64,000 bases of DNA from Eledone cirrhosa (GCA_964016885.1 CAXHJY010000183.1:15769-79768), one strand, 5' to 3'; counted from the stretch's first letter, positions 27,068-39,740 are shown. Made by a program: numbers and translations. The notes: a model not told the origin generated them from the letters alone.

Positions 27068-30000
27068 CATGCTGTAAAATGGAGGGGTAGAGAGGGCCCT
27101 TGAGTCTAGTAAGACATCCTCTCTAGTGCTGGTGGCACAAATAAAAGCACCCAGTCCATGCTGTAAAGTGGCGCTGGTGTTAGGAAGGGCATCCAACCAG
27201 TGTATCAATGCCAAAAAGCTTATCAGCACAGCAACAAAACAGCATAGAAAAATATGAAGACGTCGCATCTCAGAGTTGCAACACTTAATGTTGGCACTCT
27301 CAGAGGTAGGTCTGCTGAAATAGCGGAGATGCTGGAGAGAAGGCAGGTGGATGTGTGCTGCGTGCAAGAGGTGAGATGGAGGGGTGCCTCTGCGAGACTA
27401 GTCGTAGGCAAGCGTCTTAGCTATAAGCTATTCTGGGTAGGTAAGGATGATGGGTTAGGGGGAGTAGGCATTTTCCTGGCTGAGAAATGGATCAATAAGA
27501 CAATAGAGGTAGTTCGAGTTAGTAATCGAATAATTAAGCTTAGATTAGTTGTAGGTAGGAGACTACTGACAATCATCTCGGTCTATGCTCCCCAAGCAGG
27601 CCTAGGCAAAGATGAGAAAGACTGCTTTTATGAGCAACTTTTGCAAACAACCACAATGACAGAGGACGGAGACATCGTTATGCTAGCAGGAGACTTCAAT
27701 GGTCATGTTGGACAGCTCCAGGATGGTTACACTGGGGTACATGGTGGGCACGGTTACGGTTCAAGAAATGAAGAAGGAGTGAGACTTCTTGAATTTTGTG
27801 ATGCAAGTACATTGACTATTTGCAACACAAACTTCCAGAAACCTGCCAATCACCTAATAACCTACAAATCTGGTGAGCACATAAGCCAGATTGACTTCCT
27901 GCTAGTTAGGCAGCGGGACAGGCAGATAGTGTCTAATACCAAGGCATACCCTGGGGAAGAATGTACCCCACAGCATAGGTTAGTTGTTAGTGATATCTCA
28001 GTAAGCAAGAGATGGAATGAGACATATAGGAAGGTGTGGAGAAGAAAGGTCTGGAAGCTAAAAGACCTTTCACTAAAATTCAAATTTAGGAAAGCCCTTC
28101 AAGATGTATATGACGAAAAAGAAGACGATTTAGAGACGTATGACATAGATAATAACTGGAAGTTCTTACGTGACAACTTGCTGAAGGCTACTGATGAAAC
28201 CTGTGGCTGGAGCAGAGCTCCAACCAGACAGAGAGTGACCTGGTGGTGGAACAGCAGTGTAGATAAGGCTATTAGAGACAAAAGACTAGCATGGAAGGCT
28301 TGGAATAAGGGTGGGAGTAGGGAAGAATATACAGCCACTAAGAGAGAAGCTAGACGTCAGGTGTACTTAGCACGCAGGGAGGCAGAGAGTAGGAGGTTTG
28401 CCAATGTTCTGCGACGGGAAGATCAGAGGCGTGCGGTGTTCCACATTGCAAGGCAGTGTGTCAATGCAAATCAGGATGTTGTTGGTGATAAATGTGTCCG
28501 GGATGATGCCGGTGTACTTAGTGTCACGAATGACCAGAAAAAGGAGGCCTGGAAATGTCATTATGAGAGACTGATGAATGTGGAGAACGAATGGGAGAGA
28601 GAGAAATTACCCTTGGTAGATCCGACAGAGGGACCAGCTATTGAGATTGACGAATATAGGGTCCAAGAGGCGATTAGGGAAATGAAAAATGGTAAGGCGG
28701 CCGGACCATCGGGAATAGTTGCTGAGATGCTGAAGGCATCAGGGGACGTAGGCACTAAACTGGTTGCACGCATAATCAATCAGGCTATATATGGTGGTGT
28801 CATACCCAAAGACTGGTGCAGCAGTATTCTCATAAATTGCTACAAAGGTAAAGGGGATGCTTTGGAGAGGAGCAATTATAGGGGTATAAAACTGATAGAT
28901 CAGGTTATGAAAGTGGCAGAAAGGATTCTAGCACAACTAATTAGAGAAAGGGTCAAACTAGATGAGATGCAGTTTGGTTTTGTGCCTGGGAAGAGTACAA
29001 CAGATGCCCTCTTCTTGGTGAGACAAATGCAAGAGAGGTTCTTAGAGAAGAATAAGCCACTATACTTAGCCTTTGTTGACCTAGAGAAGGCCTTTGATAG
29101 GGTACCCCGATCTGTCATCTGGTGGTCCCTAAGGAAGCTGGGTGTTGAGGAATGGCTTGTAAGGACAGTGCAAACTTTGTACAGAGGTACTCTCAGTAAA
29201 GTCAGGGTAGGAATGGAGTTTAGTGAGGAATTCCAGATACAAGTAGGAGTACATCAGGGTTCGGTCCTCAGCCCGCTCTTGTTCATTATAGTCCTCCAAG
29301 CCATAACAGAGGAGTTTAAGACTGGCTGTCCATGGGAACTTCTCTATGCTGACGATCTGGCTCTTATGGCAGAATCAGTAGAGGAGCTAGAGAATAAATT
29401 CCGGCTATGGAAACAGCAGTTGGAAGCAAGAGGACTGAGAGTAAATCTAGCTAAGACAAAAGTGTTGATGAGTAGAAAAGAGGACAAAACCCTGATTCCG
29501 TCAGGGAAATGGCCATGTTCGATATGCAGAAAAGGAACTGGCATAAATTCTATAAAATGCACACAATGTAGGTCCTGGGTACACAAGAGATGTAGCGGGA
29601 TAGCAGGCAAACTAACAGGTAGGGAGAAATATGTATGCAGTAGATGTACAGGGAAATTAGACAGTAGAAGTCGCACTGATAGACACATTTTTCAAATGCG
29701 AGAGGGCGCTATAGAAGTGGTGGATAGCTTCCGGTACCTAGGAGATCAGATTAGCATGGGAGGAGGGTGTTCCGAGGCCATAGTATCTAGAATAAGGACG
29801 GGTTGGAAGAAGTTTAGGGAGCTGCTTCCTCTGTTGACGAAGAAGGATTTCTCCCTGCGTACGAAAGGCCGGTTGTATGATGCCTGTGTGAGGAGCGCGA
29901 TGCTGCATGGTAGTGAGACATGGGCAGCTACCGCAGAAGATATGCGACGGCTGGAGAGAAATGAGGCAAGCATGCTCCGTTGGATGTGCAGTGTAAATGT

Positions 30001-30350
30001 GCGTGAACGACCCAGCATAAATGTGTTGAGAGAGAAACTGTGTCTGAGAGGGATAGAATGTAGTGTACGGGAGAGGAGACTGAGGTGGTATGGACATGTG
30101 ATGCGCATGGAGGATGACCGATGGGTGAAGAAGTGCCAGGAAATGCCAGTTGAAGGAAGACGTGGTAGAGGTAGACCACGAAAAACATGGGCGGAGGTGG
30201 TGAGAACAGACCTCAGATCATTGAAGCTCACGGTGGAGATGACGAGGGACCGTGACGAGTGGAGAGATGCTGTGCTGAATAAGACCCGTCCCACCCTTGC
30301 AAGCAGGGAAAAGCGGACGTAAAATGATGATGATGATGATGATGATGATG
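27068..30350 (+). mobile_element. Full-length, potentially active RTE-clade LINE (family A)
   Basis: Single intact ORF, short 5'UTR with the 'ggtgttaggaagggcatcc' motif, and a (GAT)n tail directly after the stop. The 5' boundary is approximate. Confidence 0.92.
27254..30322 (+). CDS. RTE polyprotein: APE endonuclease plus reverse transcriptase with a C4HC3 zinc finger
   Basis: TLNVGTL, VQE, VYAP, GDFN, QIDF and QHRLV (endonuclease). NYRGIKL, QFGF, FVDLEKAFD, GVHQGSVLSP, YADD and FRYLG (RT). Confidence 0.95.
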   Translation: MKTSHLRVATLNVGTLRGRSAEIAEMLERRQVDVCCVQEVRWRGASARLVVGKRLSYKLFWVGKDDGLGGVGIFLAEKWINKTIEVVRVSNRIIKLRLVVGRRLLTIISVYAPQAGLGKDEKDCFYEQLLQTTTMTEDGDIVMLAGDFNGHVGQLQDGYTGVHGGHGYGSRNEEGVRLLEFCDASTLTICNTNFQKPANHLITYKSGEHISQIDFLLVRQRDRQIVSNTKAYPGEECTPQHRLVVSDISVSKRWNETYRKVWRRKVWKLKDLSLKFKFRKALQDVYDEKEDDLETYDIDNNWKFLRDNLLKATDETCGWSRAPTRQRVTWWWNSSVDKAIRDKRLAWKAWNKGGSREEYTATKREARRQVYLARREAESRRFANVLRREDQRRAVFHIARQCVNANQDVVGDKCVRDDAGVLSVTNDQKKEAWKCHYERLMNVENEWEREKLPLVDPTEGPAIEIDEYRVQEAIREMKNGKAAGPSGIVAEMLKASGDVGTKLVARIINQAIYGGVIPKDWCSSILINCYKGKGDALERSNYRGIKLIDQVMKVAERILAQLIRERVKLDEMQFGFVPGKSTTDALFLVRQMQERFLEKNKPLYLAFVDLEKAFDRVPRSVIWWSLRKLGVEEWLVRTVQTLYRGTLSKVRVGMEFSEEFQIQVGVHQGSVLSPLLFIIVLQAITEEFKTGCPWELLYADDLALMAESVEELENKFRLWKQQLEARGLRVNLAKTKVLMSRKEDKTLIPSGKWPCSICRKGTGINSIKCTQCRSWVHKRCSGIAGKLTGREKYVCSRCTGKLDSRSRTDRHIFQMREGAIEVVDSFRYLGDQISMGGGCSEAIVSRIRTGWKKFRELLPLLTKKDFSLRTKGRLYDACVRSAMLHGSETWAATAEDMRRLERNEASMLRWMCSVNVRERPSINVLREKLCLRGIECSVRERRLRWYGHVMRMEDDRWVKKCQEMPVEGRRGRGRPRKTWAEVVRTDLRSLKLTVEMTRDRDEWRDAVLNKTRPTLASREKRT

Positions 30351-31640
30351 AGTGTGCATATCATTTGATTGTTTAAATACATTTAATTTTCGGGGTTTTT
30401 TGTATTTTTAAATTATATAGCTTATATATTTGACACTTATATGGGCTCGTAAACCATTCATTTATTTATTTTGAATCTGTGTTTTATGATTCAAGCAGTT
30501 TGATTTATATTTTTATAGTATGTCTTACATGATCCTAGTTGACTAATTTTTTCCACTTAACTTAATGTAAAACTTTATTTATAACACTAACAGTAATTAT
30601 ATTTATTATATTATATATAACTGACTAATATCGTTTTAAACTTTAAACAGTATACTATTTGTATAAATTTAGACAAATGCGTATATCTAGTTTAATAATA
30701 TCCTTTTTAAGTACATTTATGGCTTTTGGATACTTAAGGGCATTCTAATTTTAACTTTATAATTGTAATTATTTTCTAAATTATATAATGATTATTTTAA
30801 TATAATTTTTTTATATAATTTTTTAGTATAATTTAATTTGGATTACCTTCGGGTTGATGAAAATCTTAAGTCTTTTCTTTCTCATGTTTGCAAATACTTT
30901 AAATATGATATTATACTATAATATAAATCCTTATAAATTTTATAGTCAGAAATCTTATGCCATTAGATTAATTCACTATTTCTAACTAACATAAGGATTC
31001 GAAATTTAATGGTCATCCGGATGCGCCGGGATATATATATTTGATTAATTGACTATTTCTAATTAACTTAAGGATTCGAAAATAAACCGTCATATAACTA
31101 CACCCAGATATATATTTGATGTTTTGATTAATTGACTATTTCTAAATATTTTAAGGATTCGAAAATAATCATTCACCAAGCTATGCCCAAATATATATTT
31201 ATATATATATATTTACCTCATCTAATTATACGCTGTTTATCCACGTCAATACAAGTCTCCCTCCCTGTGTTTTATACTATAAAACTTATTTTTTCTCCTC
31301 TTCTCTCTATCCTTAATCAATTTTCTTTTGCTTTCGTGCATATGATAATTCTATATCTCTACTCATTCTCTCTTTCCTCATCTGTTTCTCTCTCTGTCTT
31401 TCACTTCCTCTTTCTACAATAATATGTTATCCAAATTATTTAAATTTCTAACAGTTATGTAGGTTTATATTATATTAGTAGTTGTTTATTATTATGTATC
31501 TCACACGCACCCTCTGTATTATATCTATTTTTTCATGTCTCAATCTTAAGGTATATAAATATTGAGTTTTGTCATAACTAATTCACTGCCATGACTGAAT
31601 TTTAACCATCAACTTAGTCAAGGTATGTCAAGAATCAACT

Positions 31641-31707
31641 TATTTTATCAGATGAGGACGTACTGTGGAAAATAGCTCAGTACCTCTGAAATATGTATAA
31701 TAAAATA
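31641..31707 (+). ncRNA. Degenerate hammerhead ribozyme (CAGATGA core), same family as 25331-25387
   Basis: tattttat CAGATGA ggacgtactg...cagtacctct GAAA tatgta TA ataaaata. The upstream ~100 bp is also homologous. Confidence 0.65.
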
Positions 31708-31849
31708 TACTTGATCACATGAATGTCTATATTTGTTAATATTTTGAATAATATTAATAACTCCGGAAAACCATTTCTGTGGAGTGCTTCTAATCTATTG
31801 TGAAACTTTATTCATTGATTTATTCATTGAACCTTGTTTAACCTTTAAT

Positions 31850-31908
<59 letters not shown>

Positions 31909-32984
31909 AGACCATTTTGAGCCAAGTACTCAATATTTTTGTCATATTTCAAGTATGATTAACGGAAAAACTTACAAACATCAACTACCAGCTAAATAAC
32001 AGAGCCTTATTCTTTGCCCATTTATTTGAGAGGGTTGTGGGAGCAAAGTCCTCAAAAACTCCTTCCAGCAAGTCATGTCAGAAGCAACCATTTTCAAAGG
32101 GGACAAGCTGAACTCATGGATATGATCCAACCATCTTGCTTGGAGGTCTACACCTGGGTCTCCTGCTGGTTGGTTTTGCACATAAAATCTGTCCACCAAT
32201 TCTTTCCTGAGATATTCTATCAAAATGCCCATAGTATCAGGACAACCAATCTAACCCATGCTAGCGTGGAAAATGGATGTTAAACGATGATGATGATGAT
32301 TTATAAGCAAAATATATGTTTCTGATTTAGGCACAAGGCCAATAATTTTGGGGAGGGAAAAGTCAAATAAATTGACTCCAGTACATTATTGGTGCTTTAT
32401 TTTATCAACTCCTATAAGGATAAAAGTCAATGTTAACCATGGCACAATTTGAACTCAGAACATAACTCTAAGCCATGAAGCATAGTGTCCAACACTCTAC
32501 TGATACTGCCAATCAACCAGCCATTTAAAGCAAAATATAAATGATTTGTTATATCTTATTAGGAGACACCGCAAAAGATACTTTTAAAATGTTAAAGAGC
32601 TAAAATAGCACAGCTGCACCAAATCTAAAATTCACACATTAAACATTTGATCATATGAATGTGTGACACCAGTGATAGAAGTAGATATAGGCTGTGTGGG
32701 TAAGGGGTTCACTTCACAACCATGTGATTTTAAGTTCAGTCACACAACATGACACCTTGGGCAAATATCTACTACTATAGCCTGGTTGTGCAATATTTTA
32801 GGAGCCATATTTGGTAGACAAAAACAGTGTGGAGACCAAGCGTGTGTGTGTGTGTATGTGTGCGCGTACTTCTGCCTCTGACTATATATTAGTTTACTAT
32901 TGTTCCATAGCTCAGAGATTAATAAAATTACTATAAGGTAAATATGATCAACAGACTCTCTACGAGGTAATATTAGGGCTAGAA

Positions 32985-33380
32985 GAAGCCGGTGACAGAG
33001 GTCAACCTGGAGGAGAAGAATATGAAAGTTAAAGGATCCATCAGCCAGTAACAATTTCAGAAGTATGTTGCTCAACGCTTTCAACATTAAGGAAGAGCAA
33101 ATACAATATAGAGGAGCAGTGGGAGTTCCTGAAAGATAACCTACTGAAGGCAACAAACGAAATCTGTGCTTGGAGCAGACCTCTAGGGAGCAGTAGAGTG
33201 ACTTGGTGGTGGAATAGTAGGGAAGATGAGATAATTAAGGCCAAAAGACAGGCATGGAAATAATGGCAGAATTAGGGAAGTAAAGAAGTCTACTAGAATG
33301 CTAGGAGAGAAGCTAGATAACAAGTATACTTTGCAACAAGGGAAGCAGAAAATAAAACACACAAGAAACTTCCTGAGATG
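32985..33380 (+). mobile_element. Old internal RTE fragment
   Basis: WEFLKDNLLKATNEICAWSRP...RVTWWWNS-like sequence with stops. Confidence 0.75.
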
Positions 33381-33741
33381 CACTCTCATATGAGGTCAGC
33401 TAAATCTACAAGATTGGGAGGATTTTTTTTTTCTTTACCAAATTACAAGCTTGTTCTTATGATTGTCAAGTAATGTAATAATTTAGCTTTATCAACAGTC
33501 TTCAATTCAATTTATTTACATGTTGTATTTCATTAAGGATCAGATGTATAAATAACAAGTATGTCAAGTTTATTTCAGTTCTGCACATATGATCAGTATG
33601 ATATTTAATATTTCTCATAATTTTTAAATGTGTTTTTAATTTAAGCTATTGTGTTGTTATTTTTTCCAAAGCCAGTTTAATAGTAATCCAATAGCTTGGT
33701 AATACATAGCAACTATTCATTGTTTTTTCCCCATCATTAGA

Positions 33742-33926
33742 AATAATTGTTTCTACTTTAGGCACAAGGCCAGCAATTACCCAGTGCATTACTGGTACTT
33801 TATTTTATCGACCCCATAAGGATGAAAGGCAAAGTCAACCTCGGCGGGATTTGAACTCAGATCGTAAAGGGACGTAACTATGCTGGAAAGCATGGCGTCC
33901 GACCCTCTACCGATACTGCCAATCCA
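33742..33926 (-). mobile_element. SINE family 2
   Basis: Reverse complement of 34236-34427. Confidence 0.9.
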
Positions 33927-34235
33927 TAGAAATAATCTGAGATAATTATGTAAGATAAAACCTTTACCACAAAAATACAATAATATATATAGAGTAACAT
34001 AAATGCTAAACGTTAATTTGGGTTTGACCCATACTAAACTAAAATTTTCTTCTCGAATATCATTATGCAGGAATGTATCACTATATATGGGTTGTTTCAA
34101 GATATTTTTACAACCCATATATAGTGATTCAGATTGGTGGAACAGAAGAGAGCAATATGGATCTCACACAATCTCAATAAGTGCTATATCATTTCATATA
34201 TATAGTTTTCTTTCATTATTTAAATGAAATGAATA

Positions 34236-34427
34236 GGGCGGTGGATTGGCAGTATCGGTAGAGGGTCGGACGCCATGCTTCCCAGCATAGTTACGTCCCT
34301 TTACGATCTGAGTTCAAATCCCGCCGAGGTTGACTTTGCCTTTCATCCTTACGGGGTCGATAAAATAAAGTACCAGTAATGCACTGGATAATTGCTGGCC
34401 TTGTGCCTAAAGTAGAAACAATTATTT
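34236..34427 (+). mobile_element. SINE family 2
   Basis: Full-length copy. Further copies at 48957-49147, 52246-52460 and a diverged one at ~32317-32520 (minus). Confidence 0.9.
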
Positions 34428-35123
34428 AAAAATATATACCATTTTACAATGTAGCATTTTTTAAATAGCATTTTTTAAAATATAATTTTCATTAATTCTG
34501 AAATGGGGTGGAATGAAGAAACATTTAATATTTTGATATCAAGCATTTTAAATATAATATTGTTTTTCAATATATCATTTTCTATTGCTTCTTTTTTAAG
34601 TATATATCATTCTATTATTTTAATATATATCACAATGTGCTGGTACATATCTGTTTTATTGTTTTTTTTTGTATATATTTCATTTTTTTTAATTGGCAAT
34701 TGGTGCAGGCAACAAGTGTTTTCTTGTTTCTAATACATAATACTTTTCTAAAATAAAAAAGAATTAAATGCAAAATAAAAATTATGAAGCTTTCAATTTT
34801 CTACTTATCAATTTAAACTTTCAAATTTCTAAATTTTGATTTTATGCAGAAAATATGCAGAGCTTGGAGAGAATTGAATCAAGCATGCTTCACTGGATGT
34901 GTAATTATGTATGAATGTGTATGAATGACATAGTCGAAATGAGCAGAAAGAAAAGTTGAAAATATGAGAAATTAGATGCAGTTTACAAGAGAGAAGCTTG
35001 CACTGATATGAACATATGGTGCATATGGATGATGATTGTTGTTGTATGAAGAAGAGCCAAGATGATTCCAGTGGAATGAAGATGTATAAAAGGAAGACTG
35101 AGGAAAATCTAGTCAGAAATGGT

Positions 35124-35465
35124 GTCATCATCATCATCATCATTTTATGTCCGTTTTTCCCTGCTTGCAAGGGTGGAACGGGAACTGATTCTGGCTTGAT
35201 TTCTACAGCTGGATGCCCTTCCTAACACCAACCTCATTTACAGTGAGTACTGGGTGCTTTTTTGCCGTGGCACCGCCACGACCACTTTGCAGTGGAATGA
35301 TATGGACCCCAGTCCCTATCATCTCATTTCTACAGCTGAGTAAACTGGAGCAATGTGAAATAAAGTGTCTTGCTCAAGGAAACAACACATCACCCGTTTT
35401 AAAAATTGAACTCACAACCTTTCAATTGCAAGGCCAATGCTCTAACTACTAAGCCATGTGCCTCC
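35124..35465 (-). mobile_element. Full-length tRNA-CORE-RTE SINE
   Basis: Near-identical to 23627-23965. Abuts an old RTE 3' fragment at ~34850-35123. Confidence 0.9.
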
Positions 35466-37001
35466 ATCTAAGAATTAATTAAATCTATGTACAGACTTAT
35501 AGGTAACAATTTGAAGATAAGTTGATCCAATTAAAATATAAAATATAAACTAAAAAGAAAAAGAAATTGAGTGAGAACACACAAGATTATTTTAAAACAT
35601 TAGCTAGTTTTATAGCTATCTGTTGCATGACAGTTTTCATTATATACGGTGCTTTAAAATTTGTTAAATCAGCAACACTAGTATGCTTTTATATACGTAC
35701 ATACTCACATACACATTATCATAATCAGCATAATTTATGTTCATTTTCTACGCTTGTATGGGTTAGACAGGTTATCACGTTATAAGACACGTTAGGTCAG
35801 GTGACCACATCATGCTCATATGGATCTGTATTTTGGCTTGGTTTCTATGGCCAGATGCCCTTCCTTACATCAACCATGTTACATTGTGGACTGAGTGCTT
35901 TTTATTGTGGTACCAAAACAACCACCTTACAGGATGGAATGGGTGCATATATATGTATATTAAGGAGTGCGCTAGTATGATAAAGTTATAGCTGTGTACA
36001 TATAGAGAGGGTAACTGAGACTGCACCAATGTGTATATAAATAGACACATATCTAACATGTAGGCAGGTAAACATGCCAGAAAATACAAATTTCCACTTT
36101 GGCTGCTAGCACATTTCGTAATATATGTCTTAATTAATTATGGAGACAAGTGCTAATTATATGCAAATTAGTACATCCATTTCAGAATAATACTAAGAGA
36201 AAATAGATATATATATACCCATCAAATACATGGTCCCTTATGGTTGTTTAGTTGATATCCACACTTTCTAATGAGGGTACAATTAGATCCAAAAATCAAT
36301 GAAAGGTGTTTATCATTTATTCAATTTACAATTTATGTATTTTCTTGCATGTTCACATATTAGATATGTGTATATATTTATATATGCAGTCTATGTATAC
36401 AGATATGACTTTGTGTGTGTGGAGATGGATTGACATGTATCGTGGTGTGTATAAGAGGTGAGAAGGAAGGGAGCGTCAATCAGTAGAAGGAAGCAGCAGT
36501 AAAGGAAGACCAAGGAAGACGGGGGCAGAGGTGGTTAACGCTGATCTCGAAACACTGAACTTCACAGAAGAGATGATAAAGGAATGAAATGACTAGAGTC
36601 AGACATGTTGGAAAGGATGGAAAACAACTGTAAAATGGTTATGATGAATATGATATGTGTGTATCTGAGTGCATGTGTGCATATACACATATGTATATAC
36701 ATTCCTACTCATTCACATGTGAAAATCCACATATGTCTACATGTGTGCCCATTAAGTAAATAAACTATTTTGACAAACTTTGTAAAGAAGGAAAGATATA
36801 TATGTGAGTGCATGTGATGATGAAACACACATTCACACACACAAATACAAATATATATATAGTCCTGTAGAAGCCATTTTTATAATAAATATATATATAT
36901 ACACACACATAAATATACACATATATATACATATATACATACATACTATTTCTTTAAATGTGATAAATCTTTGAATATTAGTTTTGCTTTCCCTGTTTTA
37001 A

Positions 37002-37222
37002 CCCTTTAGCATTTACATTACTCTATATTTACTATTATATTTTCATGGTAAAGGCTTTACCTCATATAATTATCTCACATAATATTGAATCTACGAGATT
37101 TTAATGCTATTTATTTTGAGAGCAATACCTTAACATCAGTATGAGTGACAGGTTACAACCAGTTGGAACAGAAAGAGGTAAGAGAATTCTGGCCAGATAT
37201 GGCCAGTTTAAATGCTAAAGGG
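37002..37222. mobile_element. piggyBac-type MITE
   Basis: TTAA flanks at 36998-37001 and 37223-37226. TIR ccctttagcattta. Partial copy at ~42400-42552. Confidence 0.8.
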
Positions 37223-38179
37223 TTAATAATATTTAGTACAGTTTGTTGCAGTTTACCCATGTAATATATTAAACTGAACAAAATGGAATTTATCAAATGT
37301 GAAAAGCGAATTTACTAACAGTAAAAACGGATTTACGGAAAATTTGAAACAGAAAATCTTGTACTAAACCACTATCATATGTGATGTAAAAAATAGTAGC
37401 ATAGCAATATAACCAAGGAAAATTATATCCCATCCATATCATCTCACTTTTGGCATGCTGTACCAATCAACCAGAATATAATGGCTCTTTTCAGTCTTTG
37501 AGTTTATGACCTCTTGTATACATGTATGTCTGTGTGGATTTATTTCCAGAGATTGACTGAGATGATAGTGCTGTCCAATTTTCCATTAACTTTGCCCTAT
37601 GTGCTCCCCCTCCTTTGCATATTATATATATTTATATATATATACACACAAACACACACACATATGCACCACACTGCATATAACATATGTATGAACACAG
37701 ATGTACATACACATATAGACATGCATATATGAATATTTGTGTGTACATAGACACATACACAAACAAGATATACACAAGACCTGTATTACAAAAATTACCA
37801 TATTTCTAAGCCATTGAAATACAAAAATATATATTTCTTTTAATATCTTTCCCTAAGTAGTAGAATTTTTTGTTTGTTTTTAAATATTCATAGAAACAGG
37901 ACTAAGAGCAGAAGATTACATTTACCAAAACAGAAGGGGAAGGTATAAAGAACAATAAAAACAATAGCATAGGCAGCAAAGTGAATGTGTTAATGAAACA
38001 ACTACAACACAAATGGATGAATATAACAACACAATAGAGAACTGTATGGGAGTGAGTGCAAGAGAATGAGTGAGGGACTGGGGAGGAGGTGAGAGACAAT
38101 GGCAGGAGTGAGTGTGATTCGATGTGCAGGGGGAGGGGATATATATAATGCTATGTAGCCTGTAGTCGAAAATGCATTC

Positions 38180-38218
<39 letters not shown>

Positions 38219-39344
38219 GTTTCCATTGTCTGTGTAAGGTGTTGTAATTCTGAAGGGCAGGTAATATATGATACCTATAACTATTAGTAGCATTGAAGAT
38301 ATTACTACTTCATGCTTCACATACACTACCACTGAAAATATCTGAATATTGCCACCAATTATGATACTGTTACAAAGTTTACTACACACACATACAATCC
38401 TCATCAGGATAATTTAATATCGGTTTTCATTGCTAGTAAGGTTTGGATGAGTTTACATAGACCAAGTCAGTACTGAAGAGTGGCTACTGACCTCCCAGGG
38501 AGGCTGGGGATCCTGCTTACGCATGGTCATATTGAGTGCAGAGGAGAAGTTTTCATGTCTTTTGACACAAATTTCAGTTCAACACATATGAGCAGTATAA
38601 TATTTCTAATAACCCATCATTAATTGCCTAGGAGCAGTGTTCGTATGTTATATCTGTCTTAATGATGACAGAGAAAAATATTTGTAAATTTCTGATATCA
38701 GAAATACTGAACTTCAACAGAGATATGAGACACTGCTAAGTTCAGTGAGTGACACATTGAATTAAAGTAACTGATGGAATTTCAATTTTAAGCTTGGGGT
38801 ATACACCACTGTTAATTCTATACAAGACATTAACAAAATCAGCACCAACAGCTTCAAATTTCTTTCTTTATTAATTTGGGTTTGAGCTATATTTCACTAA
38901 AATATATTATAGTTATCTCAAGCATTTTCCTGGACTAAACTAAAATTTTCTTCTCCAATATCAATATCATTATCATTATGCAGGAATGTATCACTATATA
39001 TGTGTTGTTTCAAGAGATTTTTACAACCAATCGACAATTTGTAATTCAGATTGGTGGAATAGAGGAGAGCAATATGGATCTCACACAATCTCAATATATA
39101 TATTGGTGTCACAATAAAAAAGCACCCAGTCCACACTGTAATGTGTTGGCATTGGGAAGGGCATTCAGCCATAGAAATCAAATCAAAATACAGATGTGCA
39201 TGATCAAGATGAGGTCACCTGACCTGACTAAATTCATATCAAGACAACCCATCTAACCCATGCAAGAGTGGAAAATCGGATGTTAAACAGTGATGATGAT
39301 ATATACACATAGGAATATACTATATATAAATATATATATATATG

Positions 39345-39382
<38 letters not shown>

Positions 39383-39417
39383 TTAGTCTTCAAATTTATC
39401 ATCATTACTATATATAT

Positions 39418-39740
39418 ATCATCATTTCATTCATCATTTTATTTTACACCCGCTTTTTCCCTGCTTGCAAGGGTGGGACGGGAACTGATTTTGGCTTGAT
39501 TTCTACAGCTGGATGCCCTTTCTAACACCAACCTCATTTACAGTGAGTGCTGGGTGCTTTTTTGCCGTGGAATGATATGGACCCCAGTCCCTATCATCTC
39601 ATTTCTACAGTTGAGTAAACTGGAGCAATGTGAAATAAAGTGTCTTGCTCAAGGAAACAACACATCACCCAGTCTGAGAATTGAACTCACAACCTTTCGA
39701 TTGCAAGGCCAATGCTCTAACCACTAAGCCATGTGCCTCC
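39418..39740 (-). mobile_element. tRNA-CORE-RTE SINE with a small internal deletion
   Basis: Matches 23627-23965, with a deletion between two gtgg microhomologies. Confidence 0.9.

Noticed and set aside
26388-27367. Poly-Asn/Thr and poly-Lys ORFs
   Set aside because: Products of (CAA)n, (CCA)n and poly-T simple repeats, or antisense to the RTE 5' end.
27862-30294. Antisense ORFs inside the RTEs (also 43990-46802) and the mariner
   Set aside because: Shadow frames of the real coding strand.
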